A stretch of DNA of 45,936 nucleotides. It comes from Actinomycetota bacterium (GTDB taxonomy: Bacteria; Actinomycetota; Actinomycetes; Actinomycetales; Microbacteriaceae). The notes beneath the pieces are model-generated. The model was not told the DNA's origin, made no database searches, and saw only the letters and a list, made by a program, of their open reading frames with translations. Both the position numbers and the translations under genes were made by a program. Each line of letters begins with the position of its first letter. Position 1 is the stretch's first letter. Positions 1-7,953 of this stretch are shown piece by piece. Location of the stretch: assembly GCA_039800905.1 (NCBI GenBank), contig JBDLPW010000029.1, forward strand, positions 1-45,936. The letters run 5' to 3'.

Positions 1-43
1 CGCCAAACGCCTTTCAGACTATTTTTTGCTAGGTGGTCAAGGA

Positions 44-427
44 CTACTTCGACTTCGCGACGAGACCATTCGCCCATTTATCAAGCGGCGTGAAAGAGAT
101 CACAACACTGAGAGCCGCAGCCGCCGTAGCGGTCAGTAGAGCTTCGTCACCCCAGAACATCCCGTAGTGACTTCCGTGATTCAACGTGTCAACGATAAAC
201 GTACCGATGAATGCTATGGCCGCCACGCCCCAGCGGGAAACATGCAGCTCTAACCGTGAAAAGAAGGAAAAGATTATTGCTAGTGCAGCGGTGCTGAAGC
301 CCGTGATTAATGCCACCTGCCAGTGACCGATAGTAATCGCCGATAGGTCACCTTTAGTCATTGCGGTGAGACAGGCTGCAGTTGATTGCACGACGTGACG
401 CGCACCGACTGAAAAACGAAACTTCAT
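44..427 (-). CDS. Hypothetical multi-pass membrane protein
   Basis: ORF with several hydrophobic stretches. ATG at 427 is preceded by purine-rich GAGAGGTAGAGAA. No family recognised. Confidence 0.65.
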   Translation of the reverse strand: MKFRFSVGARHVVQSTAACLTAMTKGDLSAITIGHWQVALITGFSTAALAIIFSFFSRLELHVSRWGVAAIAFIGTFIVDTLNHGSHYGMFWGDEALLTATAAAALSVVISFTPLDKWANGLVAKSK

Positions 428-537
428 TTCTCTACCTCTCTTATCTAACAGTGACAAGAGTAATGCCCTACGGGCTTAATCGACCTAGAAGGCGTGCGAC
501 AGGGGCGGAGAGAAACTCGGCTGACGTTGAAAAGAAG

Positions 538-610
<73 letters not shown>

Positions 611-781
611 TTGAAGCACCTAGTCTACCGAGGCAGCGTGCCTGTTGAGGATTGGGGACAATAGGCATCAATCACCGTGTGGCAAGACGCACTCTCAGTG
701 CGCTTTCGGAGATTGTAGTCAGGAGCGCAAGATGGGAACTCACCCTGGCTCGGAGCAGTTGATGCGCAGTACGCTCAAGTC

Positions 782-1402
782 ATGAAACCGATGTCACGGG
801 TCGCCTTCGTCGCCGCCATCATTGGGCCGATCCAATCGGTGTCGGGTTGGTTGATTGCGGGGACGTTGTGGCCCGAGTACGACCCGATTCGCCAGACCAT
901 TAGCGACCTCGCCGCTCCCGAATCTCCCGTCAACGGGGTCATGTCCAGCTTTTTCATCCTCGGCGGCACGCTGACAATCATCGCGGGAATCTTCGGTCGA
1001 ACTTTCGCGATGCCCGGACGGATCGTATTAGTGGTGGCCGGACTGTGCACGTATGGCCTGACCATATTCCCGACACCGCTCGTCGGGTATTCCATCCCAC
1101 ACCGAATATTCGCAATCTCATCGTTTGCCTTGTCGGCAGGTTGGCCACTTTTCACCATGCGAATCCGCCGCGACGCCCCGTGGTTGTTGCGCCCGGTGGC
1201 GGCCTTGACCACGACGGGTATTCAAGCGGCGAGCGCGATCTGGTTCCTTGCTACGTGGACATTGCCGGATGCAACGAACGTCGGAGTGTGGGAGCGAGTC
1301 GTTGCGACCCAGCAATCACTCTTCCTGTCGTTGACAGTAATTGTTATTTACCTCGGCCAGCGATCGCACGCTCGCGCATCGCAAGGAACAGCGGGAACGT
1401 GA
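782..1402 (+). CDS. DUF998-family membrane protein
   Basis: YDPIRQTISDLAA motif, H-x-x-x-A in a TM helix, GVWER motif, about 5 TM helices. Confidence 0.8.
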   Translation: MKPMSRVAFVAAIIGPIQSVSGWLIAGTLWPEYDPIRQTISDLAAPESPVNGVMSSFFILGGTLTIIAGIFGRTFAMPGRIVLVVAGLCTYGLTIFPTPLVGYSIPHRIFAISSFALSAGWPLFTMRIRRDAPWLLRPVAALTTTGIQAASAIWFLATWTLPDATNVGVWERVVATQQSLFLSLTVIVIYLGQRSHARASQGTAGT

Positions 1403-1673
1403 ACGCCATTGCAGTGAACCCCGACAGCAGGACGTAAATCCATACCCTCTTCATCCCCACCCGGTGCGCTTCGGCAAACATGAACACGACCGCCGCAATT
1501 GCGACGATCGACAGGTCCGCAGTCAACACCCAGTCGACTGCACTACCCGTCCAGGCAGATCCGTAGTCCTCACCATTTGCGACTGCCAGTCCGTTGAAAA
1601 GCCAGGCGGTGATGAGTCCGACTGCGGAAAGGGCGAGATACGTCCAGTACCGAATTGTGAAAGTTTTGGTCAT
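1344..1673 (-). CDS. DUF2834-like small membrane protein
   Basis: DL..., EAHRVGMKRVW and AFTFPLFLAMRER motifs; 3 TM helices. Confidence 0.75.
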   Translation of the reverse strand: MTKTFTIRYWTYLALSAVGLITAWLFNGLAVANGEDYGSAWTGSAVDWVLTADLSIVAIAAVVFMFAEAHRVGMKRVWIYVLLSGFTAMAFTFPLFLAMRERAIAGRGK

Positions 1674-1736
1674 GACTGAACTGTATGCCTAAACGTCGGC
1701 CAGCATCCTGAACGCTCGAACCGATAGATTGACAAC

Positions 1737-3281
1737 ATGCTCGGCCGCACAATTACCAAAGTTTTTGGAAGCCTCGTCATCGTCGCGATGTTGGCCGGTG
1801 TCAACGAAGCAGGTGACACTGCTACCGCAGGTTCCACGTCGTACATCGAGGGAACTGATCCGGCAGCTGTGTTGTTCGACCCCACCTCAGTCGTCCGAAT
1901 CGACATGGAGATTCCCGACAACTCGTGGAATCAAATCCAGGCGGACATCTATTCCACGACGTATCGTCGCGCGTATTTGACAATCACGATGAACGGTTCG
2001 GTCGTGAACAACCCTTATAACCTGAGTGACCCGACGAAATGGGAAGTTGGAATCCGTTTGAAGGGTCGCGCCTCCCGCCGCGACTTGAACGGAAAGGCAC
2101 CGTTCAAGATCAAGATCGACAAGTACGTGACAGGGCAGAACTTGTTCGGATTGAAGAAACTGACGTTGAACAACATGGTTCAGGATCCGTCGATGGTGCG
2201 CGAAGCAGCTGTGTACCGTTTGTATCGCGCAATGGGTGTCCCGTCCTCCCGCACGGGCTTCGTATCGCTGTTTGTTGATTCACCTTCACACGGTAACGAC
2301 CTCAATTTTGGTTTGTACCTCAACATCGAGACCCCTGACGAGGTCATGCTGGAACGGTGGTTCGGTGCCGGTGGAACGACGCACCTGTACGAGTCTGCAT
2401 ATGACACCGACGTCACGAGCGAGTACTACTCGCAGTATTTGGACAGCGTGGATATCGGAGACCCGGCAGATACCACCGACTTGATGAATGCCGTCGCAAA
2501 CTCGAATCTCACGGGGTCGGCCTGGTGGAACGCTGTTCAAGACGATGCCGACATGGACGAGGTCATCGCGTTGATGGGTGTCGACATCTTTGTCAGCAAT
2601 TGGGACGGGTACACCGATTTCGTTCGCAACAACCATTACATGCACTTCGACGCTGACGGAATTCTTGCGGTGATGCCCTGGGGTAATGACCAGGTGTACC
2701 CGACGGACACCAATTTCTTCTTTGCGTTCGACGGTTCAAACCCCGATCCGCGAGGGTGGAGCAATGTTCGTTCGATCATGTACCGCCGTTGCGTGACGGT
2801 TCCTGCCTGCAACTTCAAACTGATGGAAGCGGTGAACCGAGCCTCCCGTCTAACCACATCCGCCCGTCTCGCAAACATGATCTCGACCATGTACTCAACC
2901 ATCCACACGGTGGCCGAGAACGATCCCCGAAAAGAGGTCGACAACTCGACGTTCGCGTGGTCGGTCGATTATGTCCGCAGTTACCAAGCAGCACGTATTT
3001 CAGCGTGGAACGCTTGGAAAGTGCGCCTTGCGCCGAACGCGCCGACTGTAACCGTGACGAAATCAGGAACGACGTTCACATTGCGAATAGCCAACGCGAA
3101 TGCAACGACCAAACCCGCCTCGGGTCAAAAAGTGCAACAGTACAGGGGCTCGAGTTGGGTGACCGTGGCGACGGGCAATTCGACAACAGTGCGCGTCGTT
3201 ACTTCCGTCAGGCACCCCAGATTCCGCGTCCAGTCTTCCAACATTTTCGGGGCGTCATCGTGGACGACGAAGAGTTGGTAA
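1737..3281 (+). CDS. Secreted CotH-family kinase with C-terminal FN3-like domain
   Basis: N-terminal signal peptide. Motifs IRLKG, KAPFKIK, KKLTLNN, DPSMVRE, GLYLNIE, NWDGY, NNHY, PWGND. Beta-rich C-terminal ~80 aa. Confidence 0.88.
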   Translation: MLGRTITKVFGSLVIVAMLAGVNEAGDTATAGSTSYIEGTDPAAVLFDPTSVVRIDMEIPDNSWNQIQADIYSTTYRRAYLTITMNGSVVNNPYNLSDPTKWEVGIRLKGRASRRDLNGKAPFKIKIDKYVTGQNLFGLKKLTLNNMVQDPSMVREAAVYRLYRAMGVPSSRTGFVSLFVDSPSHGNDLNFGLYLNIETPDEVMLERWFGAGGTTHLYESAYDTDVTSEYYSQYLDSVDIGDPADTTDLMNAVANSNLTGSAWWNAVQDDADMDEVIALMGVDIFVSNWDGYTDFVRNNHYMHFDADGILAVMPWGNDQVYPTDTNFFFAFDGSNPDPRGWSNVRSIMYRRCVTVPACNFKLMEAVNRASRLTTSARLANMISTMYSTIHTVAENDPRKEVDNSTFAWSVDYVRSYQAARISAWNAWKVRLAPNAPTVTVTKSGTTFTLRIANANATTKPASGQKVQQYRGSSWVTVATGNSTTVRVVTSVRHPRFRVQSSNIFGASSWTTKSW

Positions 3282-3334
3282 TTGTGGGCGTCGATGTGTG
3301 ACGCGACCGCAATGGGAAAGATTACGGTGAGTTA

Positions 3335-3952
3335 GTGAATAGACGACCACGGCGTCCGACTCAGATTGAACCTCATGTTGCCGACCGAATGACGGCTGGC
3401 GCGGATCCGGCTGTGTCTCTACAAATTGCCCATGACACCGCAACTGCACTGGTCAATCGCCTTCGGGAATCGGACGACCCGGCTGTTGTTGATCGGCTGC
3501 TCGCGTACACGCGTGACCATGGCGTCAGCGAATTGGCAGAACTCTGGGCGAACGCCCCAGCCCACTCTCTACCTGGTGCGCTGTGGCGCCTCTACGTCGT
3601 TTACGCATCGATTATCAAAGACGAGGTATTTGCCGCCACCGCATACGAAACGGGCGCGATGAATGAGGCGACCGCGGACGCTGTGGTAGCGGGTGCTCCT
3701 CAACCAACGACGCCAGCTGACATCCGTGAACTTGCCAATGAGATTCTGCGAGGCGCATTTCGGGGTGACATGGGCGATGCACTTGATCGGGCGGCAGCGT
3801 ATTGCCGAATTGAGGCGCGTGGTGTTACCGACATCATCGGGCGATCCGAGTTGGGCAACAGCCAGTTGCTACAACGAGCCCTCACCCTCACCGATTTCGC
3901 TGCCGACTTTGCGGCGTGCGCGAAACTCGATCGCTCCAATCGACTGCTCTAG
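3335..3952 (+). CDS. Conserved actinobacterial protein of unknown function (copy 1; family often mislabelled 'RNA polymerase subunit beta')
   Basis: AHDTATALV, ELAELWA, SLPGALWRLY, GDALDRAAAYCR motifs. Far too short to be RpoB and lacks RpoB motifs. Confidence 0.8.
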   Translation: MNRRPRRPTQIEPHVADRMTAGADPAVSLQIAHDTATALVNRLRESDDPAVVDRLLAYTRDHGVSELAELWANAPAHSLPGALWRLYVVYASIIKDEVFAATAYETGAMNEATADAVVAGAPQPTTPADIRELANEILRGAFRGDMGDALDRAAAYCRIEARGVTDIIGRSELGNSQLLQRALTLTDFAADFAACAKLDRSNRLL

Positions 3953-4026
3953 GACTAAATTTTCGAAAGCGGGGAATCTGCAACTGCTGGCGGCGAAACA
4001 TTTTTTGCCTGAACTTGTCGTGCCAC

Positions 4027-4059
4027 GTTTCCCCGTAGTTCACTTTTTCGTAACCTCGG
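4027..4059 (+). promoter_or_regulatory. Putative PHO-box-like 11-nt direct repeats upstream of pstC
   Basis: GTTTCCCCGTA / GTTCACTTTTT / CGTAACCTCGG in 11-nt register; resembles the actinobacterial GTTCAC PHO repeat. Confidence 0.5.
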
Positions 4060-4121
4060 AAATTTATGCTCGCATCAACTGAAATCTCATTGCGTTCTAC
4101 GCGTATACGCCTAAGGAAACC

Positions 4122-5096
4122 GTGAAAGCCGATAAACCCCGCGCACTCACAATGGTGAGCGACGCTGGTGATGTCGTGTACCGCAATGTGGTCCGTATCG
4201 CAGGTGTCACGGTTCTCGTGATTATGGCTGCGATCGGAATTTTCTTGTCGTTCCGTGCGTCACAGGCGCTAGGGAAATCCGGTTTCAATTTCTTCTGGAC
4301 CCAATCGTGGGAACCCGACGCAAACAACTTCGGAATCGCGGCCGTATTGACCGGCACATTCATCATCGCCGTGGTTGCGGTGTCGATTGCGCTTCCTCTG
4401 TCGTTGGGCACGGCCCTCTATATCTCCGAATATGCGCCCCGTCGTATTCAACAGACTTTGATCACGCTCGTCGACCTGATGGCAGCTATTCCGTCTGTCG
4501 TTTTCGGTTTGTGGGGCTTCTTTTCTTTGCAAGGCAACGTAGTTGACGTTGCGAAATGGATTTCGCGAACTTTCGGCTGGATCCCGATTTTTGCCGTTGA
4601 CGGATTCACTGACGACCCACTTTCATCGGACACAGTCTTTACGGCTTCCTCGTTTATTGCGGGCATTGTCGTAGCGATGATGATCACACCCATCATGACC
4701 TCGATCATGCGTGAAGTGTTCTCGCAAGCTCCTGTCGGAGAGCGCGAAGGCGCATTGGGACTTGGTTCCACCAACTGGGGGATGATCCGATCGGTAGTTC
4801 TTCCGTTCGGGATGGGTGGCATTATCGGCGGCACGATGCTGGGACTGGGCAGAGCCCTCGGAGAAACAATCGCGGTGTACATGATCATTTCGCCCATCTT
4901 CGCTATCCAGCCCCACATTTTGCAGTCTGGTGCAAGCTCGATCTCGTCCCTCATCGCACTCAAGTACGGGGAGGCGACAACGTTCGGTATGTCGGCTCTG
5001 ATGGCGGCCGGGTTGACTCTGTTCTTCGTCACCCTAATCGTAAACTTCGGCGCGTCAGCAATCGTCGCCCGTTCGCGGTCGGGGGCGAGCAGCTAA
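4122..5096 (+). CDS. pstC: Phosphate ABC transporter permease PstC
   Basis: DLMAAIPSVVFGLWG, EGALGLGST (EAA loop), LGRALGETIAV. Confidence 0.95.
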   Translation: MKADKPRALTMVSDAGDVVYRNVVRIAGVTVLVIMAAIGIFLSFRASQALGKSGFNFFWTQSWEPDANNFGIAAVLTGTFIIAVVAVSIALPLSLGTALYISEYAPRRIQQTLITLVDLMAAIPSVVFGLWGFFSLQGNVVDVAKWISRTFGWIPIFAVDGFTDDPLSSDTVFTASSFIAGIVVAMMITPIMTSIMREVFSQAPVGEREGALGLGSTNWGMIRSVVLPFGMGGIIGGTMLGLGRALGETIAVYMIISPIFAIQPHILQSGASSISSLIALKYGEATTFGMSALMAAGLTLFFVTLIVNFGASAIVARSRSGASS

Positions 5097-6358
5097 TGAC
5101 AACGGTCGTCACGTCAACGGCACGCAGAAATTCGGCGAAGGACGAGCCGCGCCGAATTGGAGCCCTTCGAATAAGCGATGTTCTTTCGATGCTTGGTGGA
5201 ATCGTTGCGGCACTGTCCATCACATCAATCATTTACAGTTATCTCGCGCCTGTGGGCGGGGCGGTCGGCTATTTTTCGACCGCTTATGTGCTGTTTCTCG
5301 TTTGTTACGCAGTCCTCGTTTCGTTTGACGAAAATGCGACGACTGTTCGCGACCGCATGGTCCTCGTCGCGGTTCACTCGCTTGCCGCAACCGTCTTTGT
5401 GACACTTGTTTATGTCGTGCTGTTTGCGCTTCTGCGTGGTGCAGAAGCACTTCCTCACCTCAACTTTTTCGTGCAGGATATGTCGCTTGCCGGACCGTTG
5501 GATCCTCTCAGTGACGGTGGAATTGTCCACGCAATTACGGGCACTCTTATCCAGATCAGCATCGCCCTAACCATAACTATTCCTTTAGGGCTCGCGACAG
5601 CCGTCTATCTCAACGAGATACCGGGCCGATTTTCGAAGTTCGTTCGGACCATCGTAGAAGCGATGACCGCTCTGCCGTCGATTGTTTCGGGACTATTTAT
5701 TTACGCGACGGCGATTCTGATGTTCGGCCTGGGGAAGTCTGGGTTTGCAGCAGCTCTGGCAATCAGCGTCATGATGCTGCCCATCATGATTCGCGCGTCT
5801 GATGTCGTGTTGCGACTTGTCCCATCGACACTTAAGGAAGCCTCACTCGGGCTCGGTGCAAACAATTGGAATACGATGTGGCGCGTCACCTTACCGACCG
5901 CTCGCTCAGGACTCGTCACTGCAATCATCCTCGCAACTGCGCGCGGCATAGGTGAGACGTCCCCTGTGTTACTCACGTCAGGGTTTACGGCGGCTTTAAA
6001 CGCTGATCCGTTGCATGGTCCGATGGTGTCTTTGCCCCTCGCCATTTTTCAGTTCGTCAAATCACCAGAGCCCACGATGATTGCTCGTGGCTTTGGCACA
6101 GCGGCAGTCCTCATGGTGTTGGTTGTATCGCTCTTCTTGCTCGCGCGCGCTATCGGCGGACAGACAGTCGCCAAGAAGGTGCGGGCTAGAGAGCGTCGCG
6201 AACGGTTCGTCCAGTTCATTAAGGACACTTTCGAATTTGAGCCCAAATCCGCCGCGACGTCGTGGCGCAACTTGTCGACCAAAGAAAAACTCCAGAAGTG
6301 GTGGACCCGCCAACGACGACGATCGGGCGGAACCAAACAACGAACGAAGGAACACTGA
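5096..6358 (+). CDS. pstA: Phosphate ABC transporter permease PstA (extended)
   Basis: ALPSIVSGLF, LKEASLGLGA, ARGIGETSP. Translationally coupled to pstC (TAATG). Confidence 0.95.
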   Translation: MTTVVTSTARRNSAKDEPRRIGALRISDVLSMLGGIVAALSITSIIYSYLAPVGGAVGYFSTAYVLFLVCYAVLVSFDENATTVRDRMVLVAVHSLAATVFVTLVYVVLFALLRGAEALPHLNFFVQDMSLAGPLDPLSDGGIVHAITGTLIQISIALTITIPLGLATAVYLNEIPGRFSKFVRTIVEAMTALPSIVSGLFIYATAILMFGLGKSGFAAALAISVMMLPIMIRASDVVLRLVPSTLKEASLGLGANNWNTMWRVTLPTARSGLVTAIILATARGIGETSPVLLTSGFTAALNADPLHGPMVSLPLAIFQFVKSPEPTMIARGFGTAAVLMVLVVSLFLLARAIGGQTVAKKVRARERRERFVQFIKDTFEFEPKSAATSWRNLSTKEKLQKWWTRQRRRSGGTKQRTKEH

Positions 6359-6363
6359 ACCGT

Positions 6364-7953
6364 ATGACGTGGAAATTTTCCCTCAAGTCGAAAGCCGTTT
6401 TTGCTGCCCTGATTGCCGGTGCTCTGGTTGGTGGCACTGCGACTACTTCGAACGCCGCGGATTTCGTACCCATCTCTGGAGCCGGATCTTCGTGGTCGTC
6501 AAACGCGCTCGACCAGTGGCGTCGGAACGTCGAGCAATACGGGATGCGTATCAACTACGCCAGCACCGGCTCATCGGACGGTCGCAACCAGTTCCGAGCA
6601 GGAACGATTGATTTTGCCGTTTCGGAAATCCCCTATGGATTACGTGACGGTTCCGTGGTTGATGACCCACCATCCCGACCCTTCGCGTATATGCCAATTG
6701 TCGCGGGCGGAACTTCCTTTATGTATAACCTCAGCTCGGGCGGTAAGCAGATTGCCAACTTGAGGCTCTCCGGTCCGGTCATCGCAAAGATTTTCACTGG
6801 CGTCATCACGCAGTGGGACGACCCTGCAATTAAGGAAGATAATCCTACGATTGACCTTCCCAGCCGCAAGATTGTCCCGGTGGTCCGTTCCGACGGATCG
6901 GGATCGACCGCTCAGTTCACGACGTGGATGTCGAAAACGCAAGCGTCGATTTGGGACTCGTATTGTCGGCAGGCCGGGCGTTCGACCCCTTGTGGCGTGA
7001 CTTCGAACTTCCCGGTGATTTCGGGTAAGGGGTTCATTGCACAACCAAACTCCCAAGGTGTCGCAGGCTATGTAGCCCAAGCGGCAAACGTCGGAACGAT
7101 TACCTATGTGGAATACTCCTACGCGCTGAAGACGGGTTTCCCCGTTGCAAAGGTGTTGAACGCGGCCGGCTATTACGTTGAGCCGACTGCGTCGAATGTG
7201 GCGGTTGGGCTATTGGGTGCCCGAATCAACACGACCCGGGGCGACAACTATCTGACCCAGATTTTGGATGGCGTCTACGCAAACAATGACCCACGCGCTT
7301 ACCCGTTGTCGTCGTATTCGTACATGATCATCCCCACTTCGACGGATGCCCCGTTTACAGCCGCGAAGGGCAAGACGTTGGCCGCGTTTGCGAACTATTT
7401 CTTATGCGAGGGGCAACAGCAGGCGGAAGTTTTGGGGTATTCGCCGCTCCCAATCAACCTCGTAAGAGCTGGACTTGACCAAGTTGGACTAATTCCTGGA
7501 GGTGGCGACACAGTGACGGACATCGCATCGTGCCACAACCCCACCTTCTCGTCGGACGGATCGAACACACTCGCCAAGAAGGCACCGATGCCCCCTGAGT
7601 GTGACAAGAAAGGTTCGACACAGTGCACAACAGGCACGGGAGGGGCATCGGGCACGACGGCCAGTGGAGGTGCATCGAGCGGCACTGGCGATGCAGGGGA
7701 CTTTGGCACCAACGGCAGTGGTGGCAGTGGTGGAGGTATTGTAGGGATTCCGGTCGGAAATGGGCCTATAGCTTGTGACGCGGATACTGGCGTCTGTCAA
7801 AATGTCGTGGCCGAGGCGACAAACATCGATAACCGAGCCGGATGGGGGTTCGCTCAAACCGGGATGCTTATCGCCGTCGTGTTCATTGTCGGGATGGTCT
7901 TACTCCCTCCATTCATTGTCCGTCGAATTCGTCGTGATGGGCCGGCTTCATGA
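6364..7953 (+). CDS. pstS: Phosphate-binding protein PstS with C-terminal membrane anchor
   Basis: GAGSSW, GSSDG, DFAVSE, VVRSDGSGST, YVEYSYA, YPLSSYSY. Sec signal without lipobox. Gly-rich linker, then TM helix and RRIRR tail. Confidence 0.93.
   Translation: MTWKFSLKSKAVFAALIAGALVGGTATTSNAADFVPISGAGSSWSSNALDQWRRNVEQYGMRINYASTGSSDGRNQFRAGTIDFAVSEIPYGLRDGSVVDDPPSRPFAYMPIVAGGTSFMYNLSSGGKQIANLRLSGPVIAKIFTGVITQWDDPAIKEDNPTIDLPSRKIVPVVRSDGSGSTAQFTTWMSKTQASIWDSYCRQAGRSTPCGVTSNFPVISGKGFIAQPNSQGVAGYVAQAANVGTITYVEYSYALKTGFPVAKVLNAAGYYVEPTASNVAVGLLGARINTTRGDNYLTQILDGVYANNDPRAYPLSSYSYMIIPTSTDAPFTAAKGKTLAAFANYFLCEGQQQAEVLGYSPLPINLVRAGLDQVGLIPGGGDTVTDIASCHNPTFSSDGSNTLAKKAPMPPECDKKGSTQCTTGTGGASGTTASGGASSGTGDAGDFGTNGSGGSGGGIVGIPVGNGPIACDADTGVCQNVVAEATNIDNRAGWGFAQTGMLIAVVFIVGMVLLPPFIVRRIRRDGPAS

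Noticed and set aside
3335-3952. Literal RNA polymerase beta subunit
   Set aside because: Only 205 aa with no RpoB motifs; the label attached to this family is likely a propagated misannotation
7630-7740. GGC/AGT-rich repetitive DNA
   Set aside because: Explained by the Gly/Ser/Thr linker of PstS
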